A DNA stretch of 64,000 bases from Selaginella moellendorffii (taxonomy: Eukaryota > Plantae > Lycopodiophyta): NCBI RefSeq assembly GCF_000143415.4, contig NW_003314263.1, positions 808,165 to 872,164 of the forward strand. The letters run 5' to 3'. A program made the position numbers and the translations under genes. Positions 35,232 to 47,551 of the stretch are shown piece by piece. Below the pieces are notes generated by a model. That model did no database searches. It saw only the letters and a list, made by a program, of their open reading frames with translations, and was not told the origin of the DNA. Each line of letters begins with the position of its first letter. Within the stretch, counting starts at the first letter, position 1.

Positions 35232-36012
35232 ATGCCGAGGCGCGCAAGCAGCAGGCATCGCTGGCATCGTCCGTGTCTGATCAGATCGATAAGGAGCGCA
35301 GGGAGATGCGCCTGAAGATTAATCATAGAAGTATCTTTCTCTTTCTCGCTCACCTCGATCGTTTTGTTTTCGTTTTGCTGTTTCCAAGCACACTCACATA
35401 GCAATCGTTCTTCCGCAAGGTCAAAGGAATAACATCAGGAGCCAGCGCGGCCGAGGCCCGTGCAGCAGCGATGGGAGCCAAACAGCGACCAGCTGCAAAT
35501 CTTGGAGGAGTTTTACGCGAACTCGACGCCGCCATCGCCAGAGATAACCGACCTCGTCGGTCGCTACGGCGCGGTTGACCATTCCAATGTGTACTACTGG
35601 TTCACCAACAAGAACTCCCGCGAGAAACGCAAGCGCCGCCGCCTTGAGGAGGCCCCTGCGTCTCCCGCTATCGCCCCCACCCGCTTCATCACGTACATCG
35701 CCTCGCATGCCGCTTCAGATGAAGAATGGATCACAACTTCTCTCTCTCTTTCCCTCTCTTTCGATCAATCCCATCGGTCTTTCACCTTCTTGTCCCTGAG
35801 AGATAGAGAAGTCTCAGAGCGAGCTTTGCTTTCTAGTTTCTTTTCTTCCAATAAAAACGGTGCCATTTTTTCTGTGCAGGCTCGCTCCATCAGTCGTACG
35901 CTCCCCAGATCGTGAATGACGGCAGTTCTCTCCCAGGTAAGCTCCTTGGATACTTTTCTTCACGAACTCTTTTGATTTTTCTTTCTCTTCAGATGGGTGC
36001 CTTGAGACCAAC
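35232..36012 (+). pseudogene. WOX-like copy 4, homeodomain open but gene probably disrupted
   Basis: QRWEPNSDQLQILEEFY...YGAVDHSNVYYWFTNKNSREKRKRR. There is a 2-nt insertion in exon 1, and exon 4 is cut by an AT-rich insertion. Confidence 0.72.
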
Positions 36013-36539
36013 GAGAAAATAGTCAAAAGTCACATGATATTAACAAAATATTTCCATGGAAAACCCATACAAAATATAGAATATAGATTTGTATAGCAAA
36101 GTTGCAGAAGTAAATCATTAACATATAAATGATATAATTTTTCCTTTTGGTGATATATAATTTAATAGTGCATTTTTTAAATTTCCTCTTCAAATGGCTT
36201 CATGGCAATAAAGGTTATTATATTTTATGTGATACTTTGTATAACCTTTAACATCGTGTTAACATGATGATTTACATGATATTTTTGGTATCGCATCATA
36301 CAAAGAGACAACTATTTATTTATATTGAATTTGATTAAACTTTTGTAATGGAGTTTTTTTAGCTTAAGTCCATCAATTGGTATAAGTATACAGTTTCACA
36401 TAAAGATTGTGATAAAAAACAATTTCTTTCACCAAAATTAATATATAAAAGTTTGAGGAAAACACAAGTCAAATTTAGTAAAAGGATATGAAATTAGTGA
36501 AAAATATGAAAAAACAAGACAGGAAAGTGATAAAATTGG

Positions 36540-36755
36540 TATAATTTAAACAATTAAAAAGAATGACTCAAGAGGTAATCATAGGGTTTAAATATATATA
36601 AATAAGAGTGTATTTATTTTTTCAATTGGTTATAATTATTGAGATGTTTAGGATTAAGCATCTTTGGATTCAAATTCAAAAACTTATATTTGGTATCAAA
36701 AAGTTCTTCTATTCAACTTTGTTGGTTAGCAAAGGAATTACACCACATATTGAGA
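36540..36755 (+). mobile_element. Very old Cassandra-type LTR/PBS remnant
   Basis: AT-shifted match to LTR1 and the start of the internal domain (...CTTATATTTGGTATCA..., GGAATTACACCACAT). Confidence 0.6.
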
Positions 36756-36814
36756 TTAACATATAGAATTAAAAGATAATTAAATTAAAAATTAATTATT
36801 TCTATATTCTATAA

Positions 36815-37095
36815 TGATTATAATTTTCAAATACACTTTGGTTATAAGCACTTTATTGATCCAAAGAAATTTCATCTTTAAAATACTAAATGTGTTTAAA
36901 TATGATTGATTATATTTGAAACTTAGATTGCAATGACAAAATAACATATAGAACTAAACATTTTATAGTGATTATAATTTTCAAATACACTTTGATTATA
37001 CATACTATATTGATCCTAAAGAAATCCCATCTTCAAAATATTAAATGTGTTCAAACATGGTTGATCATACTTGAAACTTAGATTGTAATAACAAT
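36815..37095. repeat. Direct duplication of ~125 bp (period ~154 bp)
   Basis: TGATTATAATTTTCAAATACACTTTG...GAAACTTAGATTG occurs twice. Confidence 0.8.
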
Positions 37096-39489
37096 TTTAG
37101 AAGTTATAATTATTTATGAAAATTTTAAATAGTGAACCAAATTTTTTTAATCCTAAGTGATAACAAGTTTAAAAGGTTTAGAGTGAAAAGTTTTTTAAAA
37201 TAAAAAAGTGGGGTACAAGTACATTTTATAGATGATATTATAAACTTTAAAGTTTTTATAATTGAAATTAAAAAACTTAAATAATAGCTAAAGTTATTGT
37301 ATATATTTATTTATTATCTATTTTGTAATTTTTTTTATACACATGGGTTTGTAAGATATGTTATTATTTATAAAAACTATTCAAATAAGTTAGTGGTTTT
37401 CAAGGAAATAAAAAAAAGTATATCAATAACAAGGATGATCAATAGTTTGAAAAAAAACTTAGAGTATTACTCTAGAGATTAAAATTAAATTTCACTTCTC
37501 TCAAAATATTTTATTAAGTTTAATTTGTGAAGTGAATTTTATTTATGTAATCATTGGTCTAATTTATGTTTGATAGTGTAGTGAATATTAGTTAATTGAT
37601 TTTTATCGAATTAGTTCTTAAACTTATATATATATGCAATACAGAAGACGAAGATGACTTATCAAATAATAGATTTAACTTTCCCGATGATGTAAACAAT
37701 AGAAGTGGTAATAGCTCCAAGAAAAATGATAAAGAAGAAATTACTGATGTATTGAATATATCATTAATTTATATTATTTCTATATAGTTTTTGTTTTCTT
37801 AAGTAAACCTGTAAGGAAAGTGGATATACCTAAAATATGCTTGGATATTTTAGGATACTCTACCATCTATCAGTTGTTATTCATTTAGATTAATTTTATA
37901 TTTATAATTTATAAAATTTTCTAAACACTTTCTAGTATATTTTAGTTTATTCTATGATATAATAGGAGATATTTAATAATATTAATCTTATGTTTATAAA
38001 ATATATATGTTTATAATTATAAACTTCTATTTGATTAATTATAAAAAAAATACTACTATTAAGAAAACCAAGCATGGCCATGCAGAAATTATTTAAAATG
38101 TCCACTTAGCTACTTTTTATAAGTTTTTTTAAATTTTTAATTTCTAGCAAAATCTTAGTCTGGATTTTCAACTCAAAACTCCTCAACACAAATTAAACTA
38201 TAGTGTTAGACTTCTGTTAGCACCTCCACCTATAAATCTTTGATGTACTGTCTCTTAAATATGTCGTTTCTCTCTTTAATGTGGTTAATTAAATTTAGAT
38301 TCAGATAATATCTTAGATGATGAGATTAAGAAATCTTTGTGATTCTAGTGGGAGAATCAAGAGTGAGGCAATCCAGAGAGCTTGGACGAGTTCAAGAAAA
38401 TCACTAGTGAGACAAGGAAGTGAAATGTTTTTGGGATAACAATCCAAAATTTTGGAAGATTGGGACATCATAAACAGTAGACTCTTGAGGATAAAAAGGC
38501 AAGGGTGGCGTGATGGTGGTCAAGTTAGGCCTCACCTAAAGAACAATTATGACCCTTTGGTATTAAGAACAAGTTTCCATCTTATTTAGAAAGCAGAGAG
38601 TGTTCTTTGAGAGAAATGTTTTTGTACTTTATGAACAATTATAGTCCATTAGTGTTTTTAAGCTTGTAGTAGCAATTTAAGTGTGTTGGAAGAAGTTTTA
38701 GAGTGTCTAGAGAGGGTTCTGAGGTCATGGGAGGAAATCTTAAAGTTGTTCATGATTGGTTATGGAAACACAATGATCTTGAGCATATTAGAAGTCTTGA
38801 GAGAGATCTCTAGTGAGTTGGAGTGACCAAGAGCAAGTCCTAGTGCAAGAAAGAGCTCATCACTTTTGTGGGCAAGTTGGGTCATTAAAAATTAGACTAG
38901 TGGTGTTCCCAGATATGAACAAAATAGTGCATGAGAGAGAGCCAAAACGCCAAAGGGCATTTTTATTATGGCTGAGAAGTTATAAGAAAAATTCACTAAA
39001 GAATCTGTGTACAACATAAGAAGTTAAAAGTAAGAAAGATTCACTAGAGAATCTGTACTTGGCATCTCTTTGGTGCTACAAGTTGGTGGCAGGCTACAAG
39101 AAGGCCCTTGGAGCTGCAACTGATAATCCAAACGAGCTCAAGAGCATTCAGGGCAAGAAGAAGAAAAGAGAAGAGAAGAAGTAGCCAGATAAATTGGATT
39201 ACAACTAACTTTAATTGTTAATCCCTAAGATGAAGCTATAGGATATATTTATCCTTGTCTTTGTCATTTCCCTTGTTCTTCTTCTTGCAATCTCTCGCCA
39301 AGTGGCCAGATGTGTGGCTGTAATGGCAAACTCCATGAAAACCAGTAGCAAGAGGCAGGTGTGTCAAGAAGATGCGCCAGAGCATGCTAAAGGGAGGTGA
39401 GGTGGTTGCAACGCACGCGATCGTCCACGACAGGCACCAGCCAATTCACCCATTAGCCCAGAATATCGGCCCATATAAACAGCCATGGT

Positions 39490-40480
39490 CATTCATTTCC
39501 ATCTGGATGAATTGTACGATGATCTTTGTGAATACCCAGAGCGGGTATTTGGCCACCGTTAAAGAGATTTAAGAGTCCTTGCCTGATCAAGACGTGGTGG
39601 CTTGGACGGTGATGGGGCAAGCCTACGCTTGCCAAGGCTTTTCCGTCCTTGCTAAGAACATCTTTAAGAATCCAGTCTCGTGGAGCGTGATGCTCTTTAC
39701 ATATGCCGAGAATGGGCAGTTTGACGAGGCCGTGAAGATCTGTGTCCTGCGCAACTCTCACGCAAGTTTACAACTTGGGTGATCTCGGCCGCGCCAGGAG
39801 CGTGTTCGAGAGCATGAAACTACGCAGCTTGGTTTCCCCATGGTGTTACAACTGAGCAATGGAATCTTCCAGCTTATGAATCTTGAGGGCGTCAAGCCAG
39901 GGGAGGTGACGTTCCGGAGCGTCTCGTGCCCGAGGGGTTGGAACACATCAGAGCACAGAACTCTGAGTGCCAAGGAGCTCGTCAACTTGATGCCATTCCT
40001 TCCAGAACGCGTGATCTGGATGTCGCTGCTGGGAGCTTGGCGCCTCCACCGACATGCCGATTGTGCCGAGCGATCTTCAAGATGGAGCCTGGCTACACGA
40101 CTGCCTACGTCGTTTTCTCGAACATGTACTCGTCGATCGGGAGGAGGGACAAGGTCTCGATGATCTGGAACCTCATGAAGTCGAGGTGAGTGAGAAAACT
40201 TCCGGGGATCAGCAACATTGACAGCGAAGTTCACAGTTTCGTGGTGGGGGATCTTTCGTATCCTCGCAGTGAAGACATCTTCGGGGAACTCTAGAGGCTG
40301 GCCGCTGGCTATGTTCCTGACACGAATGAGATCTTGTACGACGTTGGCGAGGAGCAAAAGGAGGAGTTGCTGCACTACCACAGCGAGAAGATGGCTGTGG
40401 CTTTTGGATTGATCAGCACGCAGCAAGGGTCGCCGCTGAGGATCATCATGAACTTGTGGGTGTGTGCGCTCAGGTGGGAC
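39490..40480 (+). pseudogene. PLS-class PPR-E-DYW pseudogene
   Basis: PDQDVVAWT, MPFLPERVIWMSLLGA, AYVVFSNMY and [29 protein letters not shown] spread over shifted frames. Confidence 0.8.
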
Positions 40481-40710
40481 GATCTATAACTGTGACAGAT
40501 GCTAGTCGGCTCTATCGCTTGAGCACGTTCTCTTGCGGAAACTACTGGTGACTTTGCTCGGCTCGTTCGAGAGACGGATGCGAGCGGAGGAGCCCATGAG
40601 CAATTTTCTAGCATTGAGGTAGAGTTCCATCTTTGCTTCATGGAATGCGAGCGACAAGCTTGCAACGAATCCACAACTAAGGAGAAAAGAATTTTATAAA
40701 CGGAACAATC

Positions 40711-41364
40711 TCAATCAAAGTTGGATCGGACTTGGTTGATGCTACGCTCGCCCAAGAAGAACGTCTTCTCGAGGACCTCGTCCGGGACCTCTGGTCGGGA
40801 TCCAAACATGGATCTGGCAATGAACTGGATTCCGGGAAGCTGGGAGTTGAGAGTGGCGATGATCTTGGCATTGGTACGTCCTACGTTCATCTGCCAGTGG
40901 ATCAATCCGCGAGGAATCACCATGACTTCTCCCCTGTTCATCACTCGAGCAAACAGACGATTATCCGCTGTGACGATGGCGGCGTAAATGGTCCCTTCTT
41001 CTACGTAGACCATCTCCGAGGCTCTGGGATGGGTGTGTGGAGGGATGATTCCTTCGGGGAGAAAGTCGAGCCTAGCGATGGAGAGACCCAAAGTGTTGAG
41101 GCCTGGAAATCTCAGCACAGTTCCAAAGATGGCACCTGAGCGGTTGATGTTTGTGGTGTTGGAGGAGTTGACGATTCCGCTGTAGATGAAGTCGTCGACC
41201 GTGACTGCGGAGGCGTTCCTGCATGGGAATCCATTGATCCCGGGGACAACGTTGAGATCTCCGATGCAAAAATCCTGGAGTGGATCTGGATCGGATGAAA
41301 CTACTGTCCACACGAAGAATGAGAGCAAAGCAATTGAGAGAGCGTGAGATCTGGACACAGCCAT
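40711..41364 (-). CDS. Germin-like protein (cupin), intronless, 217 aa
   Basis: Signal peptide, DPDPLQDFC, PGLNTLG, PPHTHPRASE, PRGLIHWQ. Confidence 0.95.
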   Translation of the reverse strand: MAVSRSHALSIALLSFFVWTVVSSDPDPLQDFCIGDLNVVPGINGFPCRNASAVTVDDFIYSGIVNSSNTTNINRSGAIFGTVLRFPGLNTLGLSIARLDFLPEGIIPPHTHPRASEMVYVEEGTIYAAIVTADNRLFARVMNRGEVMVIPRGLIHWQMNVGRTNAKIIATLNSQLPGIQFIARSMFGSRPEVPDEVLEKTFFLGERSINQVRSNFD

Positions 41365-41719
41365 AGTCGATCAAGAGGGGAGAAATCTTTAATTGGAGAC
41401 GAGGATCGCTGTATTTGTGATGAACCATTGCCTTGAATGATATATATACGTCGAAATTGTGGTCGTACTTGGATGCTGCGCGTACACACTAATTTGGAAA
41501 GCCGAGTGAGCCACCATGTTGGAACACCGAGTTTCAATCACATTTTCTTGGTCAAGGTCAGCGAAAATCAGTTTTGAATGTATGCCGTCAGATTGTTTTA
41601 AATCGGACGGCTGTATATCAAAGGGCTAAAAGAAAATGGCTCATCGGCAGTAATTATTTTGATCGATCGAAGTAGCTTGGGTCTTTCGCTAGAAACGTTT
41701 CGTGAGAGTGGAATGGTGC

Positions 41720-43200
41720 ATAGAAATCTTGATCACGGCATTGTCTCATAGAGTTCGATGGCGACCAGTGTAGATATTCGTCTCCGGCATTGCTTTTGGT
41801 TGTTCGTGGCAGCCGTGGCTGTGGACATGTTTGCAAAGTGTGGGAACTCAAATCAGGCACTGACCTTCGATAGCATGGCTTTCCATGACGTGGTCTCGTG
41901 GAATGCACTGATGCAAGGCTACGTCTTAGATGGCAAAGAAGACTTTGCTCTCGATCTCTTCTCGCAAATCCAGACATCTCGAGAAGCTACGGCGGACGCG
42001 CGGACTTTCATGGAGTGTCGCAAGTCGAAAAGGCTGGATTTGTGGTGGAGAATGGAGGACAAAGATTTCTCCAGACCGGTTTGATCATGGGATACGTTTC
42101 GAGTGGACAAGCCTGCGACGCTCTCAGACTCGTCGAGTTGATGACCACCGGCTCATTACCTCTCGACCAAAAGCTCGTTGCTGGAATCGCTGTTCACGAG
42201 GAAGAAACCAAGCTTGTAGAAGTGGAAAGTCTTATCAAGGTTTCACCCGTCAGCTCCGACTTGTTTGGCCAAGGACATGTACGCAAAGTCTGGAGCCTCG
42301 CCAAGTTTTCGATGGGATAACTCCCCGGAGTGCAGTAATGGGATACGTCGAGAATGGCAAGCCAGAGCAGGCACTCGACGTCTTCCAGCTGATAAAAGAG
42401 AGCCCGATCCTCCAAACGCTCGAAGATACGTTGCTGCGTTGCTAGCCTGTTCTCTATAAGCTTCAAGAGAGCAAAAAGATAATCGGTGGAAGCATCGTGA
42501 ATCTGAGCAGTCTGGAAGCCGGGATGAGTCTCCATTGTCAAGCTTTCAAGCAGGAACTCAGCTGCGACGTCTTTGTTGCGAATACTTTGTCGACATGTAC
42601 ACCAAGTGCGGGAGTATGCAAGACGGCTCAACCGGACGTAGTCTCGTGGACGTCTTTGATCCTGGGATTTAGAGGGAATGGACAGAGAAGGGTCGCTTAG
42701 AGCCGCTGTTCAAGATGGGAGAGTGTGGGAACTTGCGGTGGACTTACGTACCCCGGCCTGTGGGAACTTGAGTGCCGAGGACCGAAAGCTCGGCATAGGA
42801 CGAGCTTTTGCTTGGATGGAGAAAGTTCGGGAAATACACTAGCAGGTCGTGAGGAGAGGATACGTCTCGGACTGTTCATGGTGAACAACTTGAGCCATAC
42901 TCCCAAGTGTGGGAGGGCTCGCCAAGTCTTCCCACGATCAAGAGCTCGGGTGGCGGTGGTGATGTGAAGCCGGATCTAGTCTCCTGGAACGCGTTGATAC
43001 CCGGCTGCGTCGACAATGGTGGCGCCGAGGTTGCTCTTCGCACGAGTGGAGTCGCCGGACTCTCGGACTTTCGTCCTAGCGCTCTCTCTGGACTTGCTCC
43101 ATCTTGGCCTCAAGAGAAGCTCAAGGTGAAGAGCCTGGAGAAAGGTATGGCTATACACTGCCAGGCCGTCAAGGCTGGGACAGATCAACAGGCTTTGACA
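41720..43200 (+). pseudogene. Degenerate PPR gene
   Basis: VDMFAKCG, DVVSWNALMQGYV, DVFVANTL, DVVSWTSLILG, with frameshifts and stops. Confidence 0.8.
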
Positions 43201-44439
43201 TAAGAGCTCGGTGGCATGGACGTGTTCGATATTCGGATTTCACTGGTCTCTCTCAAGAAAAGTACGAGAAGCTGCGAAAACGCTGCCTGTCCGAGCCTGT
43301 GTTCGCTTGTCTCGCCCTGGGGAGTGGCGGCGGCATTGTGTTAGAGCGCTCATCCGCCGCAAGGACGCAGTGAACGAGTGAGGCGAACTTTTTTTCCTTT
43401 CGTCTTGCTTTACCTTTTCTGGAACTACAGCGACCATCCGTGGCGCCAGCGGCCGAAGGCCGCTAGATCAGAGCTCTGATGATAACAACCGCTTTTACAG
43501 GTCAGGGATTGATCGAAGGCTTCTATTCATATGTATTCAGTGATACATGTGAAGTGTGCGTGCTTCCGGTAAGCAACTCGTTCACGGCTTCTTATACTAA
43601 AGTTGTGTTGCAGGTATCAAAGGTCCTGCTTATGGTGCACTGCCCACACTCTCTAGCGAGAGCATGCATATGAACACGCGGCTTCCAGGTATGTAGCCTT
43701 CGTTGCTCGTCCATCAATCAAATGTTCACTCCTTGCTCGTCTTCCTTCTTCGCAGTGGACATGTCGTTGACAGGTTTGCTCTTCATCTCAGTACGTAGAT
43801 TTCATGAACTCTGGTGTTTGTCACTTGCACTTGTCCTCTCCGCACTACGATATGGACGAGCAGCGGCTCGGGGGACTGCGTGATTGCTGGAGGGGCAAGC
43901 CTTTCTTTGGCCTGGTAACTGGTGGACCGAAAACATGCTCTGGACGATGGGCGACTTGTGGTGTGCGGGTTTCGTCATACGAGCCCGGAGATGGACAGGA
44001 TTATTGCCGGGGACCAGAGGTTTAAGAACAAGAGAAAGGTTGCAAGTACTAACAAAACTTTATGCATGAAGTGAGGGTGTACGAGGATGACGACTTACCT
44101 CCTGGCTTCGAGAAACTCTGAGGTCGGCCTGTTTTTGCAAATGACAATGACGATGGGAAGGAGCTGACACAGGAGTGGGCTACCGAGACCATCTTTGTTC
44201 TGGCCGAGGGCGCTCTTCTCACCCTTGCCGGCAAGCTCGTCAGTGCCCAGTTTCAAAAATGGCTTGACCTTCAGGCCGCTCAGTGAGCCTCTAAGTAGCA
44301 GGCTCAAGCTAGGGAGCGTGATCCCGGCAGCTCCAGCACTTTCTACTATGCTTCTACTCTTCCAACATTGAAGAAAGCCATCCTTAAGCTTCCTTCCACA
44401 GTTTTTCAACTACTCTTCTCACAAGAGTGAGATATTCTA

Positions 44440-45760
44440 GTCCCCAAGAATTTACATAAAGCTCTCCAGTCCAGAGCGAGAGCAGTGAAAGGCAGCTGCA
44501 AATTCAAAGTACTCATCCCTGATAGAGAATGACACTTGGGAGCTTGTTGACTTACCCTTGGGCAAGTCAATCAAGACAATGTGAATTTTTTGCATCAAAT
44601 CGGGCATGTTGTGAAGTATAAGGCCAAATTAGTAATAAAATTCTTAGATAAAAGGACTGGAACAACGAAATGTTCTCTTTAGTCTTGAAGATAGCCTCCA
44701 TCCACCCAGTGAAATTTAGAAATGGAGCAGCTTAATGTCACTACAATGTGTCTCTATGGAGATCTGGATGAGGAAGCTTATGTTCGTCAGCCAGAAGGAT
44801 ACGTTATCCCAAGCAAGGAGCACAAGGTGTGCAAGCTTAAGAAGGCTTTATATGGATTAAAGCAGTCTCTGAGGCAGTGGTATGTCAAGACGAATAGCTA
44901 CCTCCTTTCTATCGGCTTTCTCAACACCTTAGCAGACATATATGTCTATTTATGCAAGTCAGAATTGATTTGCATTTATCTTGCTCTATATGTGGAGGAC
45001 TGTGTTCTCTTTGGTCCCACAAAAAAATGTTAAGTGTGAGCTCCAAGCATGCTTCAAGATGGTGGATCTTGGCCCTGCTCGTTTTTGCTTAGGCATCAAG
45101 ATCTGGCAAGATAGGTAGCACAGTTCAATTCAGCTCTCCCAGCAGAAGTATACAAAGGGGAGGAGATCCCGAGCTGAACAAGGCTGCTACCCTTATGGAA
45201 GTTGTGCTCCATCTCAGCAAGACACAAACACCTCAGACACCTGAAGAACAACAGCAGATGCATCGCATTTCTTATTGCCAGATGGTGGGAAGTCTTCTGT
45301 ATCTTGGTATGTATATGGCCCAGATTTGGTGTTTGCAGTTGGTTAAGTCTCTCAGTTTCTAGAGAATCATGGCTACATCCATTGCCTTGCCATCAAATGT
45401 CTCGCTACCTCAAGGGACTTAAAACATTTACTCTTCACTACAGCATAGTCCCTTAAGTTATAAATGATGTGGTCACTTGGTGTAGCAAACGGCAGACAAT
45501 CATTGCTCTTTCATCAACAGAGGCTGAATATGTTACAACTAACCATGTAGACTAGGTGTGCACATGGTTACATCAGCTTTTCGATGGAACTGACAATTGT
45601 CTATTGTGACAATCTTGGAGCTACAGTGCTAACCACACCATTAAGGGCATAATCAGCAAGTTATCAAGCTTGTGCACTGTCCCACAATGGACCACATTGT
45701 TGATATCTTCATAAAAAGCCAGCTTTGTTCAAGAAGCATATCTAGGTGTTAGGCATGTAA
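44440..45760 (+). mobile_element. Ty1/copia pol remnant (RT, RNase H)
   Basis: LYGDLDEEAYVRQPEGY...VCKLKKALYGLKQSLRQWY, LYVEDC, WCSKRQTIIALSSTEAEY, YCDN. Confidence 0.9.
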
Positions 45761-46414
45761 TAGAGCTTTTGAGTGAGCACTTCTATGCTTGGATGGAACT
45801 CTTAAAAAAGTATTCAAAAAATAAAAATGAAGTGATCGATAAATAAATCTTAAAAAAAAAGACACAACAAGAATTAATACATAGCAAGTGTTGTAACATA
45901 TAAAAGTGTAGAGTTTAAATCCAAGACCAACTCAAAGAGTCTAATACTGAGTTCAAAATTAAGTTCAAGGCTAAATCCAAAATAAAAGGCAAAAACCGAG
46001 TTTCAGAGTCATTTCTTCATGAGAGACAGTTAATTGGTAGGCAGTTGGCCAGCAGCTCATATATGTAACTTTGTTTCTTTCATATATGCAAAAGAGAGTT
46101 ATGGGGATATTGCATGTCTTCTTTCTCTAGTTCATCACAGCCACTGGCTCATCATGGCCTGGAGAGCCATCCTACTTCCACTTCTTAGACATGACGTTGA
46201 TCTGCTTAACATCTTCCCCAACTCATTGCCAACTTTCTCTAGAGACGAATAAACTTGCCACAGGCTCTCTAGCACGAGTGGCATGAACAGAGGCTTCCTT
46301 GAGTTGGTTGCAGCGGACTTAGCCCCCTCTTATCTTGTGTTCCTTGTCCTCTGTTACCCCCATTAAAAGCCCAACACTCACATTCCCAGCTACCAGAGAG
46401 AAATCCATAAAAAT

Positions 46415-46697
46415 GCTTTATTTCGTTAAAATGGAACTTATTCAGTAGAGTGGGACATTAATTAGCATGTGTCCACATGCCATTTCCTAGTACTTAATTA
46501 ATATTTATTAATATTTCTATCAGTTTTTTAATTTATTTTTTATATTTCACAATATTATAACACAAAATCATATGAAAAGTTTTTAATTTATAAATTATAA
46601 AGCTAAAACTTTAATTTTTTATTGTTGTTATAAAAATGGCATGTGGCCACACACCATAAGTGGGATAATGAAAAGTTCCACTTTAACAAAATAAAGC
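46415..46697. mobile_element. MITE-like element (~283 bp)
   Basis: TIRs GCTTTATTTCGTTAAAATGGAACTT / AAGTTCCACTTTAACAAAATAAAGC, a subterminal IR (CCACATGCCATTT / AAATGGCATGTGG), an AT-rich core, and flanks ATAAAAAT / ATAAAAAC. Confidence 0.7.
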
Positions 46698-46819
46698 ATA
46701 AAACCACTCAACGAGGTTTCCTCTTCTTCGTGCCAGAGAAACTATTGCCATCGTATGAAACCACAAGCTTTCTTCACCACCCTTGCTCCAAGTCGCTGGA
46801 TTGCCACCACGTTGTAAGG

Positions 46820-47500
46820 CTTCCATAGATCTCTCTTTGTTGGCTTGTCTTGCTGATCAAGGGGTTTGGCATTACCAGCCGGATTCCAAGGCTTGATCAA
46901 TGATGCAAAAAAAGGCTGCAAGTAGGACAGATGGTGGGAGTTCACGCTATGGGCCAAGTAACTTCATCATGATCTTAAGGATTGATTATTTCTGTATCTC
47001 TCCAGGTTGCACAAGTCCATTCTCCTGCTTGTATCAGAGACTTGAGCAGATCCATCAAGGCCTGAACGGCACACTTCCATAGCTAGAGTGGGTTCCGTTT
47101 GCTCAAGAACTGACTAATCTCTAATCGAAGGCACAGGAAGCAAATACGTTTCTTCTTCACTTTATTCTTGGATTTTTCAAGTTCCTTATTTCCATCAGGC
47201 CGCAAAGCGTAGAATCTTGGCTCTGAAAGATCGCCAAGAGTACTCAAAATTGTACTGAAGAATATGCTTCGAAGTTTTGAAATTTAGAGCGCCAAGTAGA
47301 ATATTCCCACCCACAAACTATGCTGCATCGATCCAGGGATGAGAGTAGCGAGGTGAGGAGATCGGAGCGATGACATTTTGGTGGTGAGGATCGAGCCCGA
47401 TACTGATGATGTCTGGAGGAGCTGGATCGGATTGGAGATGTGGCGGCTAGGCCCACGAAACTAAATGCAGCCATCATCGGTGCGAAGATGATCGCGCTGG
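46820..47500 (+). pseudogene. Deleted duplicate of the TruA gene and its 3' flank
   Basis: Patchy match to 2200-3730 that includes intron sequence (e.g. LEQIHQGLNGTLP). Confidence 0.7.
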
Positions 47501-47551
47501 AGGAAGGAGGGCAACCCTAGAGCTCGCGCGCGAGGGTTTCGTACCGCCCGG

